Below the pieces are notes generated by a model. That model saw only the letters and a program-made list of their open reading frames with translations, had not been told where the DNA came from and made no database searches. A stretch of 62,531 bases of DNA, counting the filler, from Sluysia triapertura (taxonomy: Eukaryota), in assembly GCA_046118255.1 (NCBI GenBank). It is 4 parts of 4 records of this genome, joined end to end, with 100 filler letters (N's around TTAATTAATTAA, not from the genome) between each part and the next. Parts side by side here need not be neighbours in the genome. Positions count along the whole stretch, not along the records: positions 32,872 to 45,435 come from JBJNIA010098770.1; positions 45,536 to 62,531 come from JBJNIA010194047.1; 2 more parts are not named here. One strand, given 5' to 3'. Within the stretch, counting starts at the first letter, position 1. The number at the start of each line of letters is the position of its first letter. This document shows positions 38,869 through 52,310 of the stretch, piece by piece. The translations under genes and the position numbers were made by a program.

Positions 38869-40131
38869 ATTTGGTTTCCTTGGAAGTCAGCCAGTATCTA
38901 TGACACGACATAATGCACATAACTTAATTGAATTGCCGTATAAAGTTAGTTGGAAAGCTGATGGTGTCCGTTACATGATGCTTATAAGTGATGCTAAAGC
39001 TGTTTATATGTTTGATCGTGATAACAGTGTTTTTCATGTCCAGAAGTTGTATTTTCCATGTCCCAGAGACTCAAATGATCGTCATTCAAATCACTTGTAC
39101 AATACGATAATTGATGGTGAAATGGTACTCGATAATGACGTTAAAAGTGGTTCCACTATACCTCGTTATTTAATTTATGATATTGTATGTCTAAATGGAA
39201 TTTATGTTGGTGATAAAGTGTTTCATAAAAGAATGGGATTAATTGCTAATAGTATCATAGCTTGGCGTGATAAATATTTAGAAGCTCAATTTAAAAAGGT
39301 CGAATCTTTTCGAGTTCGATGTAAAGATTTCTTTCCTATTACGGAAGCTTATCGAGTTAGTTATTTTCTGACATTTTATTAAATTACTTTGCATCTCAAT
39401 AACTTTTAGATGGTCATTTGTATTTCGAGTATAAAATAAGTTCTTTCGCAATCTAGATCTAAATTATAATTAAATTATTGTATAATTTTCAGTTATGGGA
39501 GGGTAAATTTCGTTCAGAAGTCACTCACGAGTTGGATGGTTTGATTTTTCAACCTTGTGGCCCGGATGATGTTTATGAAATCGGCACTTGTGAAAAGATT
39601 TTGAAATGGAAACCACCAGAATTGAATTCCGTTGATTTTAAATTGATTTCGAGATTTTGTGAACCAGCAGATACGGCGTTAGTTTAACATTTGTAGATCT
39701 AATTTATCGATATTTTAAGCGATATTTCAAAATTTAATTTATAATTTCAGCATGAAAAAACGTTATATAGGTTATTTGTACGCAACAGGACGTAAAGGAC
39801 CTATTTCAAAAATCGATCCAATCACTAAAACATTGATCGATAAATACGATGGTAAAATTGTAGAATGTGTCTATGATATAGCTAAACAAAGTTGGACGAT
39901 TTTAAGAGAACGTACGGACAAATCAACACCGAATCATTATACTACTGCTATGTGTAAGTAGCATTTAATTTTTAAAATATATACGTTAAAATATTAATTT
40001 AATTAATTACATTATATTTGTTAAATGTATCGCATTTTATGTTTATTATTTCAGCTGTTGGTGAAAGTATCGCATTTCCGATAACTATAGATGTGGTTTA
40101 TAAATGTATTGAAAAAGCAACAGGTGTGTAA
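38869..40131 (+). CDS. RNGTT: mRNA capping enzyme, guanylyltransferase domain, 3' part (exons 38869-39355, 39493-39677, 39751-39953, 40055-40131)
   Basis: Motifs GSQPVS, I (WKADGVRY), III (IIDGEMV), IIIa (YLIYDIV), IV (DGLIF), V (LKWKP) and VI ([10 protein letters not shown]). GT-AG junctions are phase-consistent and the stop TAA is at 40129-40131. Confidence 0.95.
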
Positions 40132-41471
40132 TTATTATCCAATGAAATTTGTATTTCAAATATAAAATATTAATACTTTAATATATATTATTTTGAGATT
40201 CTTTCAATAGTTAATTCCACAAAGGGTTAATTTCGACAATGATTTCCTCGATGGAGAAGAAATCCTGAATAACATATAGGAAATTCTATCTAAATAATGA
40301 GTTACAAAATTAGTTTAATATGCGGTTCATTTTTAATCAACGATGTATGCCCTTTCGTGTGACGTAGCTACTTTTATCACTAATATTATTATTTTACCTT
40401 TTTTTTAAGTTTTATTATCTTAACCCCTTAAATTGTTGACACTAAAACTAAAGGCATGGCTATTCTTTATTCAGATTAATCTGTCGAATATTTCAGCTAG
40501 TGTTTATTTATAATTACAGGAACAATTATAATAATGTATATTTCGGGTCCGCCTGTTTGCGATTATTTCGTAAAGAAGTCGCAATTACATGTTTTTACTT
40601 ATAAGAATGTTTCTGTGAAAGGTTTCCTAAAATCTTTTTGCAAATAGCCAAAAATATGCGTTGTCTTTAATATCCTAAAAAACAAATTATTCTAATACTG
40701 AATAATTATCTTCTTTACTAATTTCTTTGACTTTTATCGCACAGTTTATTTATTTTTTAGTTTTTATTTCTACTTAACTATTTAGTCTGGACTTTGGCTG
40801 ATTCGACAACTATTTTTTACTTTCTTTCAAATCTTATATTTAATCTACTATTCGAAATAACATTTTACTATAAAGCAAGAAATAATAAACAAATTTTGAT
40901 AAATACGCAACTTATATTCCTAAGTTTGATTAGTATTTTAATTAAAATCAAATTAAACCTGGTGAATACTTGGTTTTTGAAAATATTGTTAGATTTTAAG
41001 TAATATATTAATGCTAAGTTTAACAATGTTATCTTATAATTATTAACTTACGTGATCAAAAATTTAAGATCTGTGAAAATTGATTGATAGGATAATTTCC
41101 AAGATATCTACCAAAGTGACGGCTTACTCCGAAAATCACTTTCTATTTAACCAAAATGTACTAGAAATGTGTTTTCCTTACAATATTCAGATGATGTGAT
41201 TGGCGTACTAAGATTCTCACAGAAGAGATCTGTCAAATGAAGATCTGTTCGGAACTTAACCCCTCCATTTTGGATATTGTATCAGACTCGTCTAATGATA
41301 ATACATTAATGAAGAAAAAAATTATCGGAAGTTTTTAATATCACAAGAAAAAGAATTGGAATAATTACTGAATCATTGAAGATGTTTTATACCCTTACCA
41401 AGAAATTTATAAAAAGAATTCAAGAAAACTCGATTCGTACAAGTTAAACTATGTCCAACTCTTACTAAGTA

Positions 41472-41537
41472 GAAGTACAAGCTTTTATTGGGCTGGCACA
41501 TTATTATATAAGATTTATAAAGACCTTTGCAACCTTA
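41472..41537 (+). pseudogene. Small Ty3/Gypsy RT C-terminal fragment
   Basis: Translates to EVQAFIGLAHYYIRFIKTFATL. Confidence 0.75.
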
Positions 41538-41839
41538 TAGTAAAACCAAATTAACAATGAAAGAATACAAAGATATAAATTGATTTAAAAAATTTTATTT
41601 GGGAATGATGTTCCTGTTTCTGTCTCATAATTCCCGTTTAGTTGGCCGGATAGTACATAATTGTAATTTATATATTTATTGAGTTTGACTCTTATTGTTA
41701 GTCTTATTTGAAATAAAGTTGGAGCAAGTATTGTTGTCAGACAACCGCTTAAGACGTATCAATTGTATTACTACGAAAGAAATGGTATCCTGAATTATTT
41801 TGATTTGATTCAGTAGTTTGGTATTTATTGTGTGTCAAT

Positions 41840-42600
41840 AGGACTTTAAAGATTCGACATATTTTAACTTTTTTAATCTATGACATACTTCATATTTTAA
41901 ATCAAGATTTACTTGCCCTGAATTTATAGCAAAACAAATATGTTTAGTACATAAAGACAACTCACGTCTATTTATTGGGCTAGCAATTGTAAAGTTAATC
42001 GTTGTCATTATTTCTGCCATATTTAAAGATCGTCTCAAAATACCATTCTGTTTACACGACTTGTTACTTTTCGTTATGATATTGCAAAAATAAAATGAAG
42101 AAAAGGTATTTCATACGAATATTAATAAAAAATTTTAATTATGATGAACGTAATCGGCCTATTAGGTGATGAGGTGAGGCCACCTTCAATATTATGGGGG
42201 GTATTTTCCTTGCATAGTTTTGGGTAGAAGATCCCCTGATGCCATCTTATGGATGGTACGAGTTTAGGGCGTTCAAAATCATTTTGAGTTTTATACATTA
42301 GTAACAGATTAATATATTGTGGTTCAGATAAAATAATACATGTATCTATACGTTTGTTTTGAATCATTTCGTGGAAAAAGTTTAATGTCTTACAGATCAT
42401 TCTACTGCTAAGCTTTGAAAGAATTATATGTAAAATTATATTAGGGTTCGTTAATGTTTTTCTTTTTAGATTTGAATATTGAGTTTTCTTCATTTTGAGA
42501 TTTTTAAGCAATTTGCTATACTTCGTATCTTTACGTATTAAATTCGCAAACGGTATTTTAGAATTATTAGAAAATTTATCATCATTAGTTTCCATAAAAA
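41840..42600 (-). mobile_element. Probable Penelope-like reverse transcriptase relic
   Basis: YINLLLMYKTQNDFERPKLVPSI loosely resembles PLE Y.LPK.HK...PLRPI, and KQNGILRRSLNMAEIM resembles Q..G..MGS..S..LA.I.M. The sequence is heavily decayed. Confidence 0.4.
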
Positions 42601-44317
42601 GTAACAAAATTAATTTCTCATTTACAACAAACCAAAGGACTTTACTATTAATACTACAAAAATTTATTAACAAAACATTTAATGTTATGAATTTCGTACA
42701 AAGATTTTGTCTTCTGCTTTTACTTCTTTCGTACACCCACCTCACACTTAATATTTATAAATTCTAATTTCATATTAACTTTATAGAATCTAACTTTAAA
42801 ATAATTATTTCTATATTTTCGCTTTAAGTTTAATTGTTATTTGTTATTAAATTTTAAATTTATATTAACTATATGTAATCTCATTGTAAATTAATACTAA
42901 AGCATTATAATTTTAGTAAGTTTTAAACAATATTTGAAAATGAATTTATTTTATTAAAAATGATTAATTATTGAAACAGGTTAAAAATGAAGAATGCATT
43001 ATAAATTACTATTTTAAAATTGTTTAAAATGAAGAAATAAGTATTATGTTATTAATAGTACTATAATGGTATTTTATTATTATTTTATAGAACTACATAT
43101 ACAACAGTTTTACTAATTTGTTGTACCAATTTAATGACACGAAGTATTTATTTATTGAGTTTCAATTATTCACACGTAAGCTGGATTTAGGCGTCAATTC
43201 GGTTCCGAAAAGAAATAATGATGAACAGTATATTGCTACTATCATAACCTTATGAAATACATATTTTGAAAATAATAATATTAAAAATATTAAAAGAAAA
43301 TAATAATAGATAAAGCAAGAAAGATAATAACATAATCATAATATAATAATGGTAAAGATTAATTTTGCTTTTCTCTAATTGGTTGAAAACTACCACATAT
43401 AAATACTGGTTCTTAAAACTTTCCCATTGTGTTACGAAAATATTTTGTTTATAATAATTCAAAATAATTTTTTAGTACAATAAATTTTGCACGACAATTT
43501 GGCCATTCATTGAGAATCATATTTTAATTTATTTTTTAATAACTTGGAAAGTTTATTGTGGTAAGAAACTATAAAATCGTACGAAAAATATCATAAATTG
43601 TTTAAACTAGTTTAAAGAATGCAAAATTTATTACATTTAATTAAAATATTTTTTTTATTTTAATTATAAAATATTGTTTGTATTTTTATATCTTGATTTT
43701 GTATTTTTATATCTTGATTATTTGTAACACAATAAACAAAGAAAAGATTTATAGATTTAACATGCTGTAGTTTTCTTAAATGTAAACCTACTGGAAAATA
43801 AAAATTGAGCAGGGTCAGGTTATAGTAAACAACTTATATGGTACAGAAGATGTTCCTATAACTGTTTACGCGTGAATCTTAAATGAATCTTACTTACGAG
43901 GATCAACTTACTCCGATTACAATTAACAACAAACAAAAATTTATTAAGAATGACTAAATTAAAGCAACAACAAAACAACAATAAAGATTAGTATAAAAAC
44001 TAAATTAATTTATATTATTTAATTATTTAGATTTTAAATTATAAAAATTTCCCTCTTTAAATCGGGGCGATTGAAAAATAATTACAAAACATAATTTAAG
44101 TGAAGTTTAGTGTTTCGCCTTAGCAAGAAAACTTACCGTTGACGTGGATTTAATTTCGTAGAATTGAAGAATATCCAGAAAGTCGGTAGCTTAAAAAGTC
44201 CAAAATTTGATTAAACGATTTCCAAAATGGCGTCTAAAAATTGGATTTATGATTGTATTTCTTTATGACTAACTGAAGCTATTTATAAAAGCCAACAGCC
44301 AATCATAAGTGAATAGA

Positions 44318-44352
44318 ATTCTAGAAAGTTCTAGAACATTCTAGAAACTTCT
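44318..44352. promoter_or_regulatory. Perfect heat-shock element array of 7 alternating nGAAn/nTTCn pentamers, next to CCAAT and TATA boxes
   Basis: aTTCtaGAAagTTCtaGAAcaTTCtaGAAacTTCt; AGCCAATCA at 44297-44305; minus-strand TATAAATA at 44287-44280. Confidence 0.7.
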
Positions 44353-45169
44353 TTTTCTATTTTTAGTAAGGAATTTTCTTGGAAAATAAGTTGAAATTAA
44401 TATTGTAAGCTGTTTTTGCATTTGTTTTTCATTTCTAATAAGAATAATTCTATATTACGTTGTCAATATACAACTCATTGATTAAACTATTTAGATAAAA
44501 CTTCACCGTGTATTTTATTATTTATTCCTCAATTTTATCATCTATCACGAGTAAAGTCTTGTTTATAATAACTTGATTTATTGAGAGTTTTCTAGATATA
44601 AAGACTTCAGATTTTGAATAAATTAAAATTAATTTTCATTAAAAACACGATCATTTTCCAAGTAATATTAACAAAACAAAAAAACTCAGAAAAGTTCAAC
44701 TTGTGTAATTTATGAACTAAATAAATAATTGGAATATTTAAAAAATGGATGCTATTCAACCGTTTGAATTCATATAACATTAATAAAATCAAACCTATTT
44801 TGATAAAAAGGTGATATACTTAAATAAAACAATTGTGAATGTTTTCTGCTAGTTATTATTAAAAATTATTTTAAAAAGGTTGCAAAGACTACTAAATAAA
44901 GAGAAAAACTTTATATTACAATGTTTCTCAAGCTTCAACCTATCAAAAATATGTTGTAGATCTATTAGTAGGCCAACAATATTTTTGTGATTGTCAGTTT
45001 TAAATGGTCAGTAGTGAACAATGAATGTTTCAATACGAACCTCGAACAATACTTTTTTAAAATACAAGTTTAGCAAGGAAAATTAAAAAATATAACCTTG
45101 CTGTATTATATAAAATGTTAAAAATTATTTAATATTTCATTACTTGATTATATTATTTTAAACATACAG

Positions 45170-45402
45170 AGTTAGTGACTGAAGATGAATTCACAAAACT
45201 ATCCAGTACCGATATGATTTGGAACAAATATTTTATTCCAATTGTTTGGGCACAAAACCTGTTAAATCCTGCTCAAAAACAAAAATTTATAACAAATAAT
45301 AGACAAGTGATGTTTCTCATTAATGAATTTAATGATTTTCGAGGTCAATTGAGTTATCTGTTGTCATTTGATTGGATAAATCCGCCTCTTATTTATACTC
45401 AG
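45170..45402 (+). CDS. Bestrophin-family chloride channel, single internal exon
   Basis: TEDEF...NKYFIPIVWAQNLL...NEFNDFRGQLSYLLSFDWINPPLIYTQ|V, with an AG acceptor at 45168-45169 and a GT donor at 45403. Confidence 0.92.
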
Positions 45403-45435
45403 GTTTATTATTTATTTACTAATAAATTATATATA

Positions 45436-45535
45436 NNNNNNNNNNNNNNNNNNNNNNNNNNNNNNNNNNNNNNNNNNNNTTAATTAATTAANNNNNNNNN
45501 NNNNNNNNNNNNNNNNNNNNNNNNNNNNNNNNNNN
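45436..45535. other. Artificial contig spacer
   Basis: N44-TTAATTAATTAA-N44. Confidence 0.99.
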
Positions 45536-48189
45536 GTGAAACTAATTTATGTCAGTGAAATAATATAGATGATAACATCAGCATGGATTGTTATATAGTC
45601 TAAATGTTTCTCTTAAAGAGTACATATGGTTCCTGTGGCGTTTAGGTGCTGTTGGTTGTAACAGTGACACAATCCCATAATTTTATCTCAGAAGATTAAC
45701 TGTGCAAACATGTATAAGCTTTACATAATATGTTGGATTTAAATACAAATTCACATTTTAGGAGGTGTAGCTCTAAATCGAATTTGTCATTACTAGAAGA
45801 TAATGGGCCGAATTTTTACAATTAAATCCAACGTTATTCATAATTTAAAGTAATATTTTAATGTTACAAACATGTTTCTTGTATCTTGAAGTATGAGCTA
45901 CAGATAAAGGTGATGGCAAGGAAGGCATGGGTATGAGTAATTTTGGGTTTCTCTGTAAATGTTCAGCCACCAGCCTCTGAACTGCTGCTGTGAGACTGGT
46001 GCTGCTCCGGCAGCTTGAAGAGCTTTTACTTTTCTGGGAAGGCGAAGTAGGTTTTCCTCAAGAATCTCCGGGATGGACTTGCCAAGTCCCGCTGTTGTAA
46101 ATCAAGCTCCGCAGCGTGATGCCGCTACCAACACGTCTGCTTGTGGGGACCGTTTTCATGGGGTCACGAGGTGTCGGGTTGCACCACAAGAGGCAATTTC
46201 TTTTGATTATCACAAAGTTAAAATTTAGTCTATTCCACATGTTTGGAGATCTTTCAAGAAGGTTTCTTGTTTATTTTTTTCCTTTTTTGTTACAAAGGAT
46301 TTACATTCGATATTACTTCATCGAAATAAAAGAATCGGAAATTATCGTGATTTAAAATGCTGATAATGTAAACAATCGTAAAGATGATAAGATGACCGAA
46401 AAGATATATGATTAATCTAACATATATCAGATAACAAAAGACTAATATTAGAAAAAGTGAAAGGAATAGAAGAATTATCGGAAGACGATTCATTTTTATT
46501 AAAGTTTAGAAAGTTTGGAATCTACTTGATTGTGTCTGTCAGTACCTTATATGGTTCAATCAGTGTGAAGAAAAATTACTTGTATGGAAGTAGAATAGAT
46601 TTACGTGCTGTAGTCTAGAATTCTCTGCTATTTGATAATATTGTAAGAATTAAATAAACCTAATTAATTTAAAAAGCAGTTTGTTTTATTTGATTAATGA
46701 ATTTTTATGGTATTATTATTGGTTATGGGATTCTCTCATCAATAGGGCAACCACAGCTTAACAAGAAACATTGAAACACATTATGTATAAGTTGGAGCTA
46801 ATTATTTATTTATCTGTCTGTATTTCTTAACTTGTCAAATTATTTAAAATTAATTATTTTATAAATAATTGAAAATAAAGTTTAAATCAATTGTATTAAA
46901 TTTTTAATTATTTAAAATACGCTGTATAACAAAATTAATAAAATAAATAATATTAAGAATATATGGAAATGGTATAAGGCTTAAAAAGAAAATGTTTATC
47001 AATTTTATTGTTTTCTTGTGGTTGCACTAAATATCAAATTGTTTCAAATCTTTTAATTTTTTGTGATACTTTATTAAGTGATATTTATTAATTTTAAATT
47101 TATTAATTCTTGTGAGTCGCGATATTTTTTTTAAATTTTAAAACAATTTTACGATTTTTGAAATTCAATACAAGATTTGTCTTAAAAATAGTAAATCGTC
47201 ATATCTCAGTCTTAAAACATGTTTTCAACGCGTCGTATTTTAGTTCTAAAACGTTTAAAATGCACCAGATCAATGTTTATCGCAAGTCTTTTGATGTTAC
47301 CAAGGATGTTAGATGTCATTCTAAAATCCCGGATCCAGATACATTTGGACAAATTCGACTTGGTGCTCATCAAGAGACAAGCCAATCTTTCGCTATAATG
47401 TTAGACACGATTCAGGAAAACGTAGTAAGGGAATCATTAGTGAATACAGATTTATTATAATTTGAAATTAGTTAAACCAGAAGTGTACAGAAGTCTGGTT
47501 CTGCTTTATTCTGGAATTACGCAAAGCAGAAAAGATGATTTAGAAGTTTTTTAAAAGAAAATTAATTCGGCAAGTCTCAAATATGAAGTCATTAAAAGAG
47601 ATGAGATATGATGACGAAAAGAACTTTAATATTAAAGACTTATGTCTCCAGGACATTGTGTCATTAGTTTTTGAATATGTAATGAATTTTTGTTTTGAAT
47701 TTCGTTATCTTTTAATAAAAGGCTGATTCTTAATGATTTAAGTTTTCATAATTTAAATAACAATGATAATAAATAATATTATTTAGTAAATATTTTAGAG
47801 TCAGAATGGGCCTTGAGCCCATATTTTATAATATTTTCGATAATGCAATTTTAAGAAATAGAACAGGCCCTAAGCCCATTTTCTATTATATTATTTAATA
47901 TTTAAAATTAGTGAGAATACATAATTTAAACGCCTAAAATTAACCCAGCCATTTCACGGCCATCACAACGTCAAACAAAATACGATATTTGTAGGCAAAG
48001 AAGAAGCTCTAATTTATCATCATCTAAAAAGTAATAATTTGGTGTACATTCAGTGCATTATGAAATTATTGGCTCTTTTCGTAACAAAAAATAATTTCAA
48101 GATAATACATTGATAAATTAAAACAAGCTATCCTTAATTTTTTGTTAATTTATATTCATGGCATAAATATCTACCTTAAATCTTAGAGT

Positions 48190-51100
48190 TAATAGAATGA
48201 TCGATCGTCGATATTTCTATTTAAGCATTTTAAATAAAGATTAATCACTAATTTAAATCTGTAAACGTTGTAAACATGATGTTCATTAATAATTATTATT
48301 TTAATGTTTCATATTCAATAATGTTTGATATTCAAATTTAAATATTGAGATCACAATGTTTTTGTATAAAATAACAATTTTAAACCGAGATAACGTAGAG
48401 GTTATATAAAATAAGAAATAACAATCATTTTAAATTGAGAATGTACAGAGACCACATGAAATCAAAATTTATAAACAAAAAGTTCTACTACCAAATTTGA
48501 TTAAATAAATAAAATCATTTTAAATTAAGACTGAATAGAAACAATATGAAATTAAAATTTAAGAGCATAAAATTCGATCAAAATCATTTTAAAAACAAGA
48601 TTTAGAATATTCTGTAAATAAAATAAAATCATGTTAAAGTAGGACAGTTTTGTTACCTACGATAGTTTCGTTGCCACCTTCACACATAAATTCACACATG
48701 AATTCATATCTACAGTTATACAAAATTCACGCATAAAACTTTTCAACACATTGCCACGTCACTGCACACAACATAAACTATAAGTCTTATAATAAACTGC
48801 ATTAAAGCCACTAGCACTTTTTCTATTACCATTCTCATATAAACTTTTTTTTCTATATCAAAAATCCACTGCATACATTTATTTCATTACATCTGATATA
48901 AATCTCAAACCACAAAATTTTACAATAAAATCAACCATATCAACATCATAATAACTAATTATGTTAAAATTAATTTTTTTTGAGCATCGTCTTTCTTACT
49001 TTCATAACAGTCAGAGTTTATCGTCAATTTTAGCGTTATTTTTTTCTTACAGAATTTTTCTTGTTCTTAATTCATGGGACGTTGTTAAATTGCTTTATGA
49101 GAAGGAAATTCAAGATTTGGAAGATGCCGTTCGTTTAATCATTTCACAATGAATATCTAGGTCATATATCTCAATCAATCTTTCAAATTCATATATTTAA
49201 TGTGTTTTAATGAATCTGAAGCCACAAATTACATTTATGACATTTATGTTAGATTATAGAATCATTTTAATTATATTTTACTTTCTATTACATTATTTTA
49301 TATTTTATTATACTTTATATCCAATCAGAGCCATCCATAGTCAAGCATAGACGAATTAAAATCTTGTTACAATATAAATACAATATCACAAAAACATTTC
49401 CTTATATTACATATTATCGTTATTTCCATTATGTATTTGTGGCCAATCAAAACCCTAATCCAATTCTTTAAACACAATACAATTTTTAAACAAAAACTTT
49501 TAATTAACAATCAATTACAATCTTCACTTCAAATTTCATCTTCACTTTCACACTTTAGCACGCTGATGAACTTCCATACTTTCAACAACTTTACCTATAT
49601 TTAAAACTTTAAATTCAAAATCGATTATATAGTTTAAATATTTTCATATTTTTTGTTAATATTATAAATTTTAGTAATTTTATTATTTTAATTGTTAATA
49701 TAATAAAATTTTACTACTATACTTTTTGAAGAATTTTAAGAATTTAAATATCATGCCTGTTGGGTTTTATGTATAATTTTGTAACTTTAATAGAATTTTG
49801 CATTAAAAATTATATTCTAAAGGAAGAAAGGAGTTATCTATAAATGAAGATGGTAATAAAAATGTAAATATTCATAACACTCAAGAAATTGAAGTACAAA
49901 CAACTGCCGAAGCATTAGCTTTGTTTATGGAAGCATTTAAAAATCAAACAAATTTAAACTTGTGTAAATTTAAATTTAAATGGCAGAAACTAGTCATGAA
50001 ACTCGACTATCGAACAAAGATAAAGATGTTCGACGTATTGTGCAATCAAAAATCGATTCAGAGAGTATGCCAAATAGAAAATCTGTGTCATACAATACTC
50101 CTAGTTAATTAAGTACAGACGCATCAATATTTTCCCACATAACAGTTGATTTGACCACTAAAAATAAAAATGAATGATATTGTAGAAGAATATAAACAGA
50201 AGTTTAATTTGAAATTGTAAAAATTATTTTAGTTATGAATTATGAATATTTGAATGTGCTTAAACGAACTCTATATCAGATAATAACTCTACTTTATAAT
50301 TAACTTTATATGATCCAAACGCTAAAGTTTTGTCTATGAAATATAAATCAAGATTCAAGAATCTAAATTATTATGTTAATCTAAACTTCCTTTAATAATC
50401 TATTTTACAAGTGATATCCATATTTTATATATTATACTTATTTTATCTGGAAGTGTGGATTCGAATACTTGTATCTGGTGTTGAGATGGAAGTGCCTACC
50501 TTTTACCAATTATTTTTACCTATTCAAGTTATTAATGTGTTATTCTTACAACTTTACCTTATCAAAACTTTTTATTTTATTCACTTTATCAAATCTTTAA
50601 ATTTGATTTAAACCTCTTATGTCGCTTTATTTTAATTTATGGACTCCTGTCTTCATCCCCTTTTAATTGAATATGAACGGAAGAGTCATTAAATATTATT
50701 TAGACAATGTCGTTAATTTATACAAATGAATATTACAATTATAGCTAACAATTTGAACCAAAGAATATTTAAATTATACAAAATTAAGCCAAAAAATATC
50801 TAAATATTTATCTTGATACGTTAGTCGAAAAATTGGATAAACTGGAACTATAGTCAACAACTAATGAATCTCGAACAATGATCAGCAATAAGATTTTACA
50901 ATATTGTGTGCTTTCTTGTTTCTTACATTTTTCTACCGTCTATTTACATTTTTTTGGCTTATGGCAAATTACATTCAATAATAATAGTCATTTATGTAAA
51001 AATTATATTACAAATAGTAATAATTAATAGTCAGTAATAAAAGTGACAAAGTGCAATTATATTTAATAATATTTAATAGTCAGTAATTCAAAGTATGATT

Positions 51101-52310
51101 TCCTGTTTTGGCTTAAATTATTGGAGTTTCTAATTCTTATTTTAAAATGATTTTATTTTATGAATATTTTGGTATACATTAGAATGATTTTAATTTTATA
51201 TTATCTCAATTATAAATGTTTTTTTAGAATCTAATTTTAAAATAATTTTGATCGATCATAATGCTTAAAGTTTGATTTTATATTATTGTTATTAATTCTT
51301 ATTTTAAAATGATTTTGTTAACTATGATAGTAAGGTTTATAAATTTTAATATCATGTTGCCTTTATTGAATCTCACTTTAAAATGATCATTTATACAATT
51401 TCATTTTGAAATTGATTGTTATTTGTTAAATTTTGAATTTATATTGTCACTAGGTAATCTCATTTTCATTTAATAAACAAGCATTATGATCTCTATAATT
51501 TTATAATAATTTAAAAATTTTTAAAATACAAATAAATGTTTTTAAATTAATTTTAAAATAAAAATATGAAAACAAAAATGAGTTCTAACACAAAATGAGC
51601 ATTATTTTTAAGATGAAAAAAAATGATGGACATTATTTTACAATAAGAACATTCATTTAAAATGAGAGCATTCATTTTATTTACAAAATGAAATACAAAT
51701 CAAATAATGTTTATAAAGTTTTAGAACGGTTGGATGAATCGGTTAGGGCAATATATGAACCAAATCGAAGAACTCTTACATTGCTATGATCTCGAAGAGT
51801 AAAATCATGTACATCTGCAGATTTTGAAGACTTTGAAGCTTGTAAAGATCTGGCTCGATTTGTCATTAAGTATGTAATTTACAGAATATTATTATTAATG
51901 ATATTATTAATGAACTAAACAACTCACATGATCCAATTTAAAAAATTCAATTCCTGTATTTGTTTAAGTTATAAATTTTTCAGAGGGACGTGTATCTTAT
52001 TATTTTGATTTGTGTTTTAGTTTTCGATGTTTTAATGTAAAGGACCTTAAGTCCAGATTGTTTCGACATAATTTTATAAATGATTTTAATAAACAATTTA
52101 TTAAATTAGTTTTTATCGCCTTAAACGATTTTATTAATCTTTTAATTCCAATAAATAATAGTTTTATTATTTATATTTATTATTTATTAATATAAACTAA
52201 AGCATTATATCGATAAAAATCATTTTAAATTAAGATTAAGCAGAATAGAAGAAAATAATATAAAGCATTATGATCGACTAAAATGATCTTAAATTTTGAT
52301 ATCACATGTA
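48190..52310. repeat. Three arrays of a dispersed module (AAGCATTATGATCGA...AAAATCATTTTAAATTRAGA) in orientation + / - / +
   Basis: Forward copies at about 48376, 48423, 48513, 48582 and 48627; reverse copies at about 51135, 51229, 51296 and 51370; forward copies again at about 51480, 52200 and 52263. Confidence 0.65.

Noticed and set aside
38869-40131. Viral (NCLDV) capping enzyme
   Set aside because: It has canonical spliceosomal introns and metazoan-type motifs, so it is a host gene.
47158-47700. PTCD1-like mitochondrial protein suggested by DPDTFG
   Set aside because: Only a 6-residue resemblance; the downstream frames are broken and show no PPR repeats.
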